NCBI GenBank assembly: GCA_046563655.1 | Contig: CM102284.1 | Location: forward strand, 2,914,001 to 2,978,000 | Length of the DNA stretch: 64,000 nt | Reading direction: 5' to 3' | DNA from: Yuukianura sp. NJ FZ-2021 | Lineage: Eukaryota | Shown here: positions 1-13,451 of the stretch, one piece after another | Position numbering within the stretch: the stretch's first letter is position 1 | How the letters are laid out: each line of letters begins with the position of its first letter | Notes under the pieces: model-generated | Databases searched by the model: none | Told to the model about the DNA's origin: nothing | The model's input: the letters and a program-made list of their open reading frames with translations, nothing else | Position numbers and translations under genes: made by a program

Positions 1-117
1 GTTGCTATGGGTTAGAGTCAGTAGTTCGCAATCGCAATTGACCCCAGAGAATTTTTTTCCCAATTCAAGTGACACGATAAAGTATGAGTAACTATTTTAC
101 ATGTTGTGTCGTTGTAG

Positions 118-1210
118 GAAAGGGAGCGTCGACGATACTCGCTGATTACGGAAATGGTGCGAAACTCCTTGCAGAAAGTGGGAATGAATTTATCTCCCGA
201 AAGGCGGCGTTTCAGTCGCCAGCTTCTGACAGAGATGAACGTGGCTCAGCTTCAAGTTATTGTTAATGACCTGCACAATCACATAGAAGGTATGGAATCG
301 TTCTAGACAGTATTTTTCGAAGACGTATCGTTGGTGGTAGGTACTAAAATGTAGCAGGGGGAAGGAATCGATCCCGAACAACGTAAAATGTAAAATTGAA
401 GGCAGATTCTTCACCTCGATGGTTAAAAGCGTCCATTAAAAAAAATTAACAAAGATGCATTTAACAAACAAAGATGGTAAGCATTTGCATCTATTCGGAA
501 TTTGCGTGTGCTACACAGGAATACCCAACTGTCTTCGCCCATGCTAGCGAACATATCTTATCAGGGTTGCTGTAGCAAGGAAAATAAGTTTTTTTTTCAA
601 CATTAGGTAAAGGTAACGGGAAAGGTAACTAAAAATGTGAAACTCTTATGTAATTTTTGCAAATCGAATAACTTCACTGGTATTCCCTCCAACGTTGTGA
701 AATTAAAAAATTTCGGTGTACAGTTTTGACCGGCACTCACTGTATAATCGTAGCAAAGGAAGCTGCCCAAAGTGAAAAGGAATATTTTAAACCTACAAAA
801 GCTATGTGCATTCACAATCTTCCGTCGTGCTGGTAGAACCAACTCGTCCCCAGAACAGTACAGCTCGCCGTTGTTTTTATCATGCTGAAGCTGAATGTGG
901 CTTTTACCGTTTTGTTTTTTAGATTTGAATGAGAAGCTTGTGTCCATGCTACTGGACCGCGACGAGCTACATATGGAGCAAGACTCGATGCTTGTTGACA
1001 TCGAGGACTTGAGCAGATACCTGTAAGATTTGATATCTGATATTAATACTAGTAACTATAAAAGAAAATATACTACATAGTATGCTTTTAAAAAATCTAA
1101 TTTCAAAAAATGACGGAGTAATGATTTGTTATTTCAGAGTTGCCAAAGAAACTTCCCCGCACCAGTCGCTGCCAGTCATTCCCAAGTCACTACTTCTCGG
1201 ACGGAAATAA
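118..1210 (+). CDS. Schip1: Schwannomin-interacting protein 1 homolog, last three coding exons (118-289, 923-1022, 1138-1210); 5' part lies outside the window
   Basis: Spliced translation [99 protein letters not shown]...GRK* matches the SCHIP1 C-terminal coiled coil ([10 protein letters not shown], [18 protein letters not shown]). GT-AG junctions are phase-compatible. Confidence 0.92.
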
Positions 1211-1320
1211 GGAACCATCATTCGCGTTTGCTTAATACTATTTATGATGTTTCATTAGGGTCACATTACGCACATGCCTTTATGTGCTTTCGCATTCGCA
1301 TGCTGGTGACGACTCGAATA

Positions 1321-1548
1321 CAGAAGACTCTGTAACTTAGAAGCTGGGCAAAATACAAAATAAATTGCAATTGCACAAACGGGGTTTGGAAATTTTCCTT
1401 ACCATTGTCCTTGCAAAATCCATACATTTGCCAATATGTGCATTTGGCAATGGCAATTGGACCTCAGTGTATGGAAATTCTGATCCCCGTTTGTGCAATT
1501 GTCACTTGTTTTGTGTTTTGCCCAATTTCTAAGTTACAGAGCCTTCTA
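1321..1548. mobile_element. MITE-like foldback element, probably Tc1/mariner-derived
   Basis: An imperfect ~64-bp TIR (cagaagactctgtaacttagaagctgggcaaaatacaaaa...ttgcacaaacgggg, 1321-1384) matches the reverse complement of 1485-1548. TA flanks both ends (1319-1320, 1549-1550). No coding capacity. Confidence 0.75.
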
Positions 1549-1874
1549 TATACCCAGTGTAGCCTATAAGTTACTAATGAGTTGGCACTTTCTGAAACTA
1601 AATGTACTGCCCTTAAATAACGTAGAATTAACACACTTAACCGACTATTCTGCTTGCCTCCCGCATGAGACTTGTGACTCTAGCAAATTCATCAATTTTT
1701 GAATTCTGGGAGTAAAGATGACTACTATCAAAGCATATTAACATTGATTAAACGAACCGAAGTTTAATTTATTTCCACACATTTATCTCTTATTCGGGAT
1801 GAAGCATTTATCTAGCAAAATTGAAGATGGAGGAGTTCTTGAAGGAGTAACTCTGCATTAAACCTATATTGTAT

Positions 1875-3484
1875 TTACAACAAACTCTGCATTTCTTTCA
1901 TGAAGTCCTCATAAGCAGCATCTTTACTTGCAGTCGCTTGGGACTTCACAGGAGGATGTATTGTATTCGGCTTCCATTCCTTGTTTGGTCCATGGTCTTC
2001 TCGCCGTGTTTTGACTGCTACGGGAACAAATCTTGTAACATCAGCACTCAGGCTCCTAAAAAACATAATTGGATAAAAGCAATATATCTTACATGAGCTG
2101 AGTAGGTTGAATTAAAAAAGATACATCTTTACTGCGTACCGTATCTGTGGCTTTGCTTGAATCATCGCTTCGCTTACAATCTTCGCCTCTCCAGCCTTTG
2201 TTATTCCTGTGGATGGTATTGACGTCTGTACCAACCTCGGAGGAGGAATTTGTCTAAAACGACTATTCGCAAACCTAAGTCGAGGTGGTGGCGGCGGCGG
2301 AGGTGGCGGAGGAACAGTCATAGAGCCACAATTCAAAGGTGGAGGAGGAAAAGGAAAGAATGGTCTGGAACCTACGACAAAGTATGACGGCGGAGGTCGC
2401 ATTGTTTGCTGACTCAGAAGGGGTTTCCCGGTTGAGTTCGTTGTTGAACTGGGGATTGCTCGCTCATCGCTGGTTTCATCATCTTTTGATGCTTTTCCTG
2501 TAGCACTTTCAACGCCCGGAGGATTTAATTCTTCTTCCTTCATCGAGTGAAACTCCTGCTCAACCTCCTTCATGAATCGATCCATTTCGTCAATAGCATT
2601 GACATCTCGTGAAGTGTCGAACCGAACGCTTTTCTTAGTTTTAACTAACGTATGTTCATTCGTGGTATCAGCGGTGTCTGAAGCAGCAAGGTTGCCTCCA
2701 CTTGGAGAAGGGATATCCGTTATGTTGTCCATTTCAAAATCTCCATCCGCCTCTTCGCCACCACTTTCCTCACTCTCACTGCTTGAAAACTCCGGAGGGG
2801 GAATTGCAGGAACTCCAGGCGGTTCTTGGCCGTCTGGTCCTAAGTACTGCACTGCCGACTCTTGGATTGTTACTACAGCGGTTTTGAGGATGCCAAGCGG
2901 CCTTTTGGGTTCTTCAACTATGGATGATGGAACTGGTGGCGGTGGTACTGAGGGGTCAAAATCCTGCGTCGGAGGAAGTGGTATGTCTTCTACGTTACTC
3001 ACGGCTTCGGCCTGTTTCACGGCTTCGTAGTGCTGAATTCTGTGAAATCGTCGTCTTTCATAGTCAGCCTCAATCTGTTTCAGTTCATTCCAATAGGTTG
3101 GCTCTTCCTTTTGCTAAATTAAATTTTACAAAAAAATAATTTTTCATGCCAATTATTTAAAGTACCCTAACAAATTAGTTACCGTGTCTTACGTACATAG
3201 AGCCGCATCACTCTTTCCAGAGTTTCTTTGAGCTTGCGTCGCTTGTCCTTGAGAACTTTTTCAGCTAATTGGGGAGGTTCGTGGACATTATACTCCAGCT
3301 CGTCTAACTTATCCAGTTCTTCGATAATTACTCCCGGGTCTTTGTTCTTTAGGACTGAAGTACGTACAAATAATCGCTGCTTCTTGTTTTTCTTTAGTTC
3401 TTTCTTTCTAGCCTCTTTCCTTGCCTGGTCGGTGGGGTTCATAAACTTTCCCGACTTGGTGGCCTTCACTGACCTCTTCCCCAT
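1875..3484 (-). CDS. WBP11: WW domain-binding protein 11 (splicing factor); exons 3484-3197, 3113-2140, 2055-1875
   Basis: N-terminus MGKRSVKATKSGKFMNPTDQARKEARKKELKKNKKQR, a KSVRF PP1-docking-like motif, a proline-rich core, and C-terminal AKPQIRSLSADVTRFVP...KDAAYEDFMKEMQSLL. Junctions are canonical. Confidence 0.95.
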
Positions 3485-5356
3485 CCTGCCTGTTCCTTTG
3501 ACACTTACGGGACTTATTTGTCTCCTTCGGTGATTATTTTGTTACCTAATACTCCAAAGACAAGGCGCAGAAAACGATTTTCAACTTAAAATTCAACTGT
3601 TTATTTTACGAGTTATTTTTTTCTTTCCTCTAAAATCTGTTGACGTAAACGCTCGCCGTTGTAATTGTATTCCTCAATCAGCTTTGTATTTTACATTGCA
3701 TTGAGATGAGTTTGTAACGGGCCAATTTTGAGTTCTCCAATAAGACATTAGTAATTTCACCCGCCCATGTTGAGTTGAAAGTTTTTCAACCTGTTAGTAA
3801 ATATAATTTAGTTAAGTTACATGATACAATGTCCGCCTTGAAATATTGATTTTGAGGCTTGGAAGTTAAGGCAGGCAATATCGGCGGATACAATTACCTC
3901 ATTTTAGGGTGACTTCAACATAAAATTCGAGTATAGACAAGGTTTACTAAACCACTGAATCCATCTGAAATTTCTGAAAGTCAAAAAGTGGCGTAGCGTT
4001 TATCCTATGGCATCATTCTACATACCTCAAGCGTTGCACTATTAAGGCTGAAGCATTACTGGGAGACGGACAATGCGATTTGTAAGAAAAGACTTAAACA
4101 CACTTATTATTATAATGCTGAAAGCAACTAAAACAACTGGCAACAGAATTTGAGAGACAATATTTTGGAAACGTTTTTTGGAATATTAGGCCGATACTTT
4201 GCAGTTCTTGTTATACATCGCATGTGCAACCTGATCAGGATAGTTTTTTGGTGTAACTACAATTTTTGGTGCAGTGGCTTACCCTACTGCGTTACATCGG
4301 GCTAGTACCTAATTTGGAACGGGAAATCCCGTAAGGTTTTTTATTGCGGTTTAGGCAGTTCTCTCGTGAGATTCTCTCCGTCGACTTTTCACGTCTTCAG
4401 CGGATTGGTCTCGCCTATGGTGACTGTATATTATTATTATTCATCGATTCATTTTGCACTTCTTTCTTCGTAAAGTCATCTTATTTTCTCGTTCTGTTTC
4501 TCTCTGAGAGTCTGAATTGAAATTTTATCTCATTCGGGTTACACGTTCGTTCGAGACAGACTAGGATGAACTACACAATTTCTGGTTTGTTTTGACCTGT
4601 ATAACATAACCCAGTAAGAAACACAGAACACAGACGTAAAATTGTTATCGGGCCTGGATTGGATTGGACCATTGGAGGCTGTGACCGTGTCATCTCATCA
4701 ATAACGAGTCAGGGTTTACAACACATACTCTCGAGTGAAGACATTACCAACCAACCGTAGTTCAAGTTCATTTTACCGGAGGTCTAGGTAGGAACCGCTG
4801 GTCAGCATTAATTCTTTCATTTCTTTTATTAAAACAGTTACGAAATAGATCAATGGACATGTAGTCAGGAATCTTGACTCCATGGCCATCAATCTATTTA
4901 TAGTGACTGTCAGGAATGAAGATTGCATGGAGGAAATTGTGTGGGTGGAAGCGAAATTGATCTAGCTGCAATATAACGCAGACAGTAACCCTGATAAGGG
5001 ATGAATTAAGTCTGTTTTGGCCCATTATGTTTTTCTAGAGAGTTCTCTTGTCTTATATGGTGTAATGGGTCACGTGTTAATTAATTGAGTCAAACGAATT
5101 GACGAAACATTTTACTCCATGAGACCGATACGGCAAACGAAAGAACGAAACCCAACAACAAAAAGAGTACATTCGGATTTCGTTTAGTAGTGGGCTTGGG
5201 CAACTTGAGATTAGGACATAGACATAGAATAGGACGCATAATATTTAGAAAATATATTGAAAATCGATGTAGAATATTTGAGGATTAATGTTAGCGAATA
5301 AGTGATTATTATGATCAAACCACGTAAGTTAACATAATTGGTTTTATTTTTAGGAA

Positions 5357-8300
5357 ATGACTGATAACACATTGAATATGAGTGTTAACCGATCGCTCCC
5401 TCCTTCCGGTGACGCTCCAGTTTTAGTTAGTGGGATCGAAGATCAATTTCGACCTAGAACCAACTCCGTACCGACTGGTCCACAAATTACACCTATCCGT
5501 TTGCCCGCTGAATCTGCGGTGGGAAAAGCTCCAAGTTCATCCAACCTTGTCGGAGGAACATCGAATCCTTCCGATTCTGCACTTGTTACGACTGCAAAAC
5601 TGACGACTTCCAAGAGTTTGACGTCAAATTCCGTTCCGATTCTGGCAAATTCCATGTCCAATTTGCCGTCCAACCCTCAGAATGGCAATGCGCCTCGTCA
5701 GCCTGGGTCTCAACTGGACGGATCTACATTAGCAAGTGACTCTCAACCTGTGGTTAAAAAGACATCTTTCCAAATTACGAGTGTGACAACCATTGATTCA
5801 TCTGCAAGTAATGACGGTGGAGACGAATCTGGTGATGAAATGGACGAGTCCCACACGGAAGACAGTTCGGATATTCCATCAGGTGAGAAAATTTTGAGTA
5901 ATGTTTTTCAGGAAGGGACGCACACATGTAAAGAAGTTTATTTTTTCTTGTCTGTTCCCGCAACATTAATCTTCATTTTTTTGTACTATTTTTGAACTAT
6001 TACCAACTATTAATATTCTCCGGAAAAAGTTTTGTGGAACGTGCAAGAATATCATAGTGTATTCCCGAAGATTGGTTTGTGTTTTTTTTTTTGTCAGACT
6101 GAGCCGAGTCTCACCGAAGGCAATCTGAGTGTTAATTGGAAATTGTGTTCCACTTAGTATTTCTGATGTCACTTTGTTCGTGCATAATTAGATCATCCAG
6201 TTGAAACTAATTTAATTAATTAATTCCGTTGCAATTTTCCTTGATTTTAATTGCTTGATTTTTTTTCGTTGTCCTAGATGCGTGTTCTCGCCACATGAGT
6301 GAGTCTCGTGTCGTAACGTTGACCAATCTTCCCACGACAGTTCCCTCAGATGAAAACTTTTCCAGGAACGACGTATTCTTCAATCCATCTCCAGTAAGTG
6401 CAATGGGGACGGCTCCTGTTATTCCAACCTCGGCGCAATATGGACTAGCAGTCGTGTCGCTTCCGTCAGAGGTCACGCTAAATTCCAACACCGCAAATGG
6501 ACGAACTGTTGAAGACATGCCGAATATAACTATGACTGAAACGATAGGTATTTGTTCTGCGCCTGGAATGGTGACAGGAGAACGGCCGGACCTGGAACGA
6601 GACCATATCCATAATAGGTAATTTCAAAATAGCCTAATGCCTAATAACAAGAGAAATTTTAATAGGGAATCACTCTTTAAACTTCTTCACTTAAGACTTT
6701 TGTGGTTTACTTAAAAAAAAACTAAAGTTTTGCAATATGATGCTCCGGAGAGGGAGAAGGATTCCGTAAACGTAAAGACCCAAGACCCTGTCATGTCATG
6801 TCAACAAAAGAGTGGACGAAGCAGTAACTTCTTAAAAATCAAATGTCAAAATTAGCATAAATTTTCTGATAAAGTACGTACGAAGCCCAAACATGCTCGT
6901 GTTTGTTTGTTTCCCACCATCCATGGGAAATCTTCGACCGAAAGTCTCAGTCTGCTTGTTCAGGGTCAAAGCAAAGGCCAACTTAAGCGTCAACTTTTGA
7001 TTTGTGTACTTCTGAATCGTCTCGATATATTTTTATTTAATCAGGTTCAAAGTCGTGAAGATTGAGAGTACAGAGCCTTTCCGAAAAGGTCGTTGGACAT
7101 GTATGGATTATGTGGATCATACAACAACTTCTGTAACACCAAACGTAGCAGCGACAGGAACAAGTAGGATTTCCGTTACCACAAATCCAGTGCAAATCAC
7201 ACAAAGTACGACGATTCCTCCTCAGTCGGCAGAAATCAACCAAACACAACAACCGCTCTCCGGCATTTCCATGTCTCCACCACAGATCCAGCAACAGCAA
7301 CAGATGATTCCCCCACCACCCCAGTCGCATCCCATTGGAGGCGATGGAAGTCAACTCCACCAACAGCAGTTGATACAACAACAGATGAGTGCAGTGCAGC
7401 AACCTGCGCAAATTCAGATGGTTCCTCCTTCCATGGTACCACCAACCAGCGAAATTCAGCTTGACCACACACTCATCAATGGAACTCCTTCGTATCAGAA
7501 TTTGCCTCACTTGAATCTCAGCAGCTCACATGTCATGAATATGGGAGGAATTGATTACTCAACTCAGCAACCCAATACGAATCCCCAAAATGTAAATATT
7601 AATCCACCTCCACAGAATTTGTATCAAGCAACGAACCAGCAGGTTCCTGCGAATCAACAACAACAGCAACAACAATGTTATGCAAATCAGTCCATGGTTC
7701 AAGGATCGATGGATACTCAGCAACAGTTTCAGCCGTTGGACTCGCATCCTGTTAGCGTGCCGGTCCAGCAGCTTAGTCAACAGTATCCGCATGCATCTCA
7801 GCAAAATCAGTCAGTTATGCCTCAGCAGCAGCAGCAACAACAACAACATCCTGGTCAGAGTCTGCCGCATGGCGCTGTCTCAGTTGTTCCTGTGAATCAG
7901 TTGAGCGGTGTCACTTCACAGCAGCAGCAAATGTCAACGTCTGTCGCCAATACGTCTACGTCTAGTCAACAAGTGACACAAAGTTTAGGCCATGGTCATA
8001 ATATTCAAATGCAAAAACCATCGTTTCTGCCAGCAGGAAGCACCCAACCGACAACCACGACGTGTCAGTTTCAGAATCAGAATCAACAAGACCTAAGCAT
8101 AGGTGGGCAGGGTCAGTCTGTCTATGGACATGGACAGCAACCAGCACAGGCTCAACAGCAACAAGGAAGCATGATGATGACAAGTATTCCTCAACAACAT
8201 CAACAGCAACAACAACATCAACAGCAGCAGCATCCACAGCAACAACAACAGCAACATCAACAACAACAGCATCAACAACAACAACACCAGCAACAACAAC

Positions 8301-10440
8301 ATCAACAACAACAGCAGCAACAGCATCAACAACAACAACAACAACACCATATCCAGCACGTCCAACCCATGCAGATGCAAGTGCCTCAACAGCCACAGCA
8401 ATCTTTACCACAAAGTAAGGCTTTTCTTAATTTTCCCCCTTGAACTCATCGGAAATTGAATCGATTCCGGTTTTATTCTGACTATGTTATATTCTGATTT
8501 TTTTAGCTACTGCAATGTATGGACAGCAGACTCAGCTACAACATCCATCGATACAGATGTCGACGCAACAACATCAACAACCTTCAGGAATCCAAATGCA
8601 AGGTCAAATGATGGGCCAAGCTCAAATGCCGCAAATGAGTCAACCTCAATTCGGAAATCAGCAAATGCCCTCGCAACAGATTCATCCTCTTATCCAGCAG
8701 ACGCAACAGCAATCATCGCCGCAACAAATGATATCAATGCCGCAGCAGCAAAGTTTGCCACAACAGCAAGGTTTGCCGCAGCAGCAAAGTTTGCCACAAC
8801 AGCAAAGTTTGCCGCAGCAGCAAGGACAAGTCGTTCCACAACAGGGAATGATGAATCAACAGCCACAGATGATGCCCCAGGCAATTCAGCAACAGGTTCG
8901 CATGTTGTCTCATGTACCTCAATTTGAAAGACGACGTCAGATTAGGTTACTGTATAAAATGCAACTTTATCAATGTTTGTTAGCAGTGAGAGCGTCCCTT
9001 CAGAACGGGAACCCAGAACCCGTGAAGTTAATCAGTGTCTTTACATAAACAAACTGGTTTGTATTAACTACGATTTTAATCATTGATTGTTTTTCCAGGG
9101 CTCTCAGATAGGAAGTATGATCCCCCAAGGCCATCAGCCGCAGCAGATGATTGGTCAGCCTTGCCCCTCCGGAATTATTCAAACACCCCTTCAGCCCATA
9201 CTCCAAAGTCTACCACAACAGCAAAACTTCCAATCTCAACCCCAAGCTCACAGCACCCAACAATTGGTAAATTGTGTTTACCTATTATTTGTACTTTGAT
9301 AGGAAAGTGTCGAATTTTAATAAATTCTGGCATTACTTTTGGAAAGTGAAATTGATTTTTTTTTTGTTTTTTTTTTGCTTTAGCCGCAACAGCAGCAGCA
9401 ACCGCCGATTCTACACCAAACTTTTCAAAGTCAATCCCAACCACTCGTTCCGCAGCAACAAATTATGACGACTCCACAACAGCCCGCCATGATTCAGCAA
9501 CCCCAAATGGTAGTTTATGATAATCAACGAAATCTCAATCTAAACCAGACGTAGTATTATTTACTCGTTATTTAACGTTTCGGTGACTTGTTTGTCTATG
9601 TTCTAATTTTCATGTATCTTGTCGTAATTGTAGACGGGCCTACCTCTCAATGCTGGTTCGATATCGATGCTCAATTCGAGCTCAATTGGAACAGCGCAAG
9701 GCGCTGCGACTGAAATGGTTCCGATGAGCCATGCACAGCAGCCTCAACCGATGCCCAATTTGAATGTCCCTCTTCCGTTGAACGTTAATGTTAATGAATG
9801 TGGATTGGTTCAGCAACAAGGAAATACAGTATCAGTGCCTCCACTGGTAACTGGAATGGAAATTGGGCCACACGGAGGAGACATGTCTAGTGCTCAATCA
9901 ACTCTTGCTTCTCAGGCAAGGACACTACTTGAAGAGTCTGTAGCCAGCGACGAAGGAGATGGGTAAGCAACGTTTCTAAAATAATAATTAGATAACAATA
10001 ATAATCATCGTGGAGTTTGGTTTGGGTTTTTTTTTAAATGTCATTGTTTTCCTGTTTTCTAGTACGTCTGGAACAAGTACTGTAGCTATCGACAATAAGA
10101 TTGAACAGGCCATGGTAAGTTTAACTCAAATCCGTCACTTTTTGTTTCTAAACACCGCAAATGTCAACATGAAACTCACAGATCATTCGGAGATGATTTA
10201 ATACTTTTGAATTTTCGTTTGTATCAGGATTTAGTGAAGAGTCACTTGATGTTTGCCGTACGGGAGGAAGTTGAAGTTTTGAAAGAACGAATAGCGGAAC
10301 TCATGGAACGAATTAATCACCTCGAATTTGAAAACACAATTCTGAGAACAAGCGCAAGCCCAGAAACGCTTGCACAGTTGCAACAGTCGGCTTCTAGTAC
10401 CAAGTCTGCAAATCCACCGAATGCAAGTGGTAACACATAG
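5357..10440 (+). CDS. bun: TSC22 domain family protein, long isoform (bunched A-like); exons 5357-5882, 6278-6617, 7045-8414, 8507-8895, 9099-9266, 9384-9509, 9634-9962, 10063-10114, 10228-10440
   Basis: Long-isoform motif 1 ([10 protein letters not shown]...[10 protein letters not shown]), motif 2 ([23 protein letters not shown]), a Q-rich linker, and the TSC box/leucine zipper ([51 protein letters not shown]). All junctions are GT-AG and in phase. Confidence 0.93.
8191..8350 (+). repeat. Coding CAA/CAG/CAT repeat (poly-Q with periodic His) in bunched
   Basis: Directly visible run translating to [27 protein letters not shown]... Confidence 0.9.
8740..8823 (+). repeat. 18-bp coding tandem repeat (PQQQ[S/G]L, about 4.5 copies) in bunched
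   Basis: ccRcaRcagcaaRgtttg is repeated four times, plus a partial copy. Confidence 0.85.
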
Positions 10441-12038
10441 GCGACCATCAGTACTGAATTTGCCAGACGCCGAAATTATCTCCAATTTTACTTTCGTTTC
10501 CACGAGGCCGCCTTGTGACTGTGAGACTGAGGTACTCCGCTGCATCTGCCCTTTGGCCTTTTCCCGTTTTGTTAAGTAATTTCCATCCCCAAAGAGAGAC
10601 TGCATACCTGGACTGTTGGGATTTACCAGAGTCTGGTACTAATATAAGTCAATTTTGTAGTGAATTTTACTATTCCTAATTTCCTAATAGGTTTAGTCGT
10701 TCTTAACTTATTTTCCGCACGCATCACTCAAAGCTGAGTTTTTTACGCGTCTGGAAATTGTTTCGGTATTAATTAATTGTATGGAGAGGTTTGCTACTAG
10801 CGGATTTTCATTTCGGAAATTATTTTCTGCTTACTTGAGCAGAATATCCGACCGGAAAGACAATTGTACCTTGAGTTCCAATTAAACTTAGCTTCGTTTC
10901 TTAAGTTGAGATCTACAAGTTACAAGACTAACAAGTATGTTTAAGAAGTTACTTTGTGAGGTATCTTTCTGCTCCCGCTTGTAGAAAATGTAGGATAACA
11001 ATGCCTATGAGCTTATGCCTTATTCTCTTTTTTTTTGTACTAAATTGTTTTGTTACGACACCTAAGTTTTAAACATTTTATTTCCCTGATAGTGTTTTTC
11101 TCTGGTAGAAAACTACAACAATAATACTGATTACTAATATTTGCTAATTAAGTGCGTGTTACCGCTGAAGAATTAATTGCATAAGTGGCTAAGGAGTTAA
11201 GCCTTCGGTCTGTGATGTGTTGAAGAGGAATAGGGCATACGCTTGGTGTTGCACCTAACCTTAAAGGAATAATTTTCAGTTTATTGTTAGACATAAGACA
11301 ACATTATGTTTTGGTTTATAAATACGTACATTATCAACGCTTCTCTAACAAGTTCAAGAAGTCGGTTCAAAATCATCATCATTTTATTTGTAACGCGAAA
11401 CGGGTTGATCATGACGGTTGGTATCTCTTCTCCATATTCTTGTAGCATAAGAGTCAACAATGTTATAATACAGCTGACGCGTGCGGCAAACGATTTGAGA
11501 TTACTACTACAACCGATGGTAGCGTTTTCTGCGATTTTAATCGGGAAAAGTCGCACGGCTTTAAGTTTTATGATCCGAAGAATAATGACGATGCAATCGT
11601 CCGAATTGCAAAAACGTGGCAAGTTTTTATTTTTAAAATTATGAGAATGGTATTTTTAAATTTTAACTATTATGATTTCCAAAAATTTCCAGAATACCAT
11701 ATTATATATAAAACCAAATTTGGACCAAAGTGGAACGTATTAATGGTATAAACTTTTTGGAGCTAAACAAAACTGCTTACATAATTTGAAACCCGTTCAA
11801 ACGTCGAGAATGGCGAAAGTAATCTGAGAAGATAACTTTAGGACAGAGGCTAAAAAAACTTGCAAATATTGAAGTACTTTTCAAAGTAAGACATTCTTTT
11901 CTCGTAATTGAAACATAATTTTTTAAATAAATTCTTCTTTATTTTCGCATGTGCTGGTACCATACTTTTTTTTTAGTTAATACACCTTGTTTTTTTTTTA
12001 AATATTTTTCAATGCTAGTGAAGTGACAATAACCGCGC

Positions 12039-12737
12039 TCACTTCCATCCCTGCGTTTGGAACTTTCTGTGAACTTTCTTTCTCAGAAGTGTATCAACTC
12101 CAAGAGAATTTTCTCGTAGGTTATTCACAAATGATTCGTCGCTGTTCGATACAAGATGACCTTTGACCTCTGGACGTAACGCTGGACACATGAGGGCATA
12201 CAAAGACAAGAGTATCTCGTCCTTTTCTTTGTCGCTTTCGGACGGACGTTTTTCTCTGTTCTTTCCTCTTCCTAGTGCTGTCAACTTGTTTTTCAAAAAG
12301 CCCGGAAGCTGTGACGGCGCATTTCCGGCTAGCATTCGGCCCAAGCGGAATGCTGTTGATGACGGAGGTGAATAGATCGGTTCAGTACTTTGGAGAGCAC
12401 GCGAATTCCATTTCCAAGAAGTGTTTTTAAAAACGTTCGTCTGTTGTGGTGGGGTACGAGGTGGCTGTGATGCCAATTGCATAAAAGAGTCCTTCCTTTT
12501 AAATCTTACAGCATTTTTTAAGAGTTGATTGGAGAATTGTAGTTTCGAATTTGAATTTTCTGGTCGAGAGGGAAGCGGTAGACGTTTTGTGCTTGGTATG
12601 TTATTGGTCTGGCCAACACCAGATGCAAATGGCAATTTCGAATACCTACTAGAGCTTGGTGATTGAAAAGAAGGGTCAAGGGTCAGAGCTAGTGCAAGAC
12701 ATTGGACACAAATGATGACCAGAGAACATTGGGCCAT
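12039..12737 (-). CDS. Orphan, probably secreted basic protein; 3' end uncertain (may splice at 12043 to further exons down to 11148)
   Basis: 232-codon ATG-initiated ORF with a signal-peptide-like start (MAQCSLVIICVQCLALALT). A GTGAGC donor overlaps the stop codon. No recognisable domain. Confidence 0.55.
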   Translation of the reverse strand: MAQCSLVIICVQCLALALTLDPSFQSPSSSRYSKLPFASGVGQTNNIPSTKRLPLPSRPENSNSKLQFSNQLLKNAVRFKRKDSFMQLASQPPRTPPQQTNVFKNTSWKWNSRALQSTEPIYSPPSSTAFRLGRMLAGNAPSQLPGFLKNKLTALGRGKNREKRPSESDKEKDEILLSLYALMCPALRPEVKGHLVSNSDESFVNNLRENSLGVDTLLRKKVHRKFQTQGWK

Positions 12738-13451
12738 GTTTCTTAACCTAACCTGATTAACACAATGGTGAAACTTTTACTTTCACTTTAGTGAGGTTCT
12801 ATAATACACTGTACAATTTGCACAGCGCAAATTACGTTACGACATGCTGTTGCAGACCAAGAGAAAGTTGCTTGTTGAAAGTGAGTTGGTGGTCGTGCTC
12901 GTGTGGGACCCCTTATATACTCCTTCGCAATTCCATAATCCCGAGAAATGCAAGCGTGAAGCGTGCCAGCAAATTAATTTTTGGGAGCATCGTCAATTAC
13001 TGTGAAGTATTTCTAGGAAGTATAAGGTAATAAAGTAAAATGTGAGGCTTATTCAGCGGTGTCGTTAAGTTCTGTTATTGGAGTTTAACTTTAAAATATT
13101 TCAACATCGGATTGAGTTGGTGTTATAAGTTATCAATTACACACATACACTTATAATATATACAGCAAGCACTAGTACGTAATGCATGGACTTTAATTTT
13201 TGCACTACTTAACATTTGGCATTACCATATACGTACTAAGATAAAAGCCCAATATCTAGGTAAGTTACGGCATAACAACAACGATTGAAATATGAAAACT
13301 AGTCTCTAAAGGAATAGTCATCGTAATTAAGCGCGGAATTTATCATCCGGATGAGTTCTACGGAATTTCGCAATATACTTATTGCCGGAATTCCAAACCC
13401 AGCTTACTAATTCAATTTCATCAAGGTTTCTATAGCAACCGTTGCTTCATA

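Noticed and set aside
84..266. 60-aa + strand ORF in the track
   Set aside because: Wrong frame; the real coding frame is the Schip1 exon 118-289.
6938..6950. gaaagtctcag (and gaaagtcc at 19761) as the RNase P/MRP CR-I motif
   Set aside because: No complementary CR-V partner at a suitable distance.
7037..8927. Several long antisense or alternate-frame ORFs (poly-L, poly-V, poly-T/A)
   Set aside because: Shadows of the CAA/CAG-rich bunched exons.
10441..10518. Stop-codon readthrough extension of bunched
   Set aside because: TAG-G is not a leaky context, and a 25-codon open stretch is unremarkable without conservation data.
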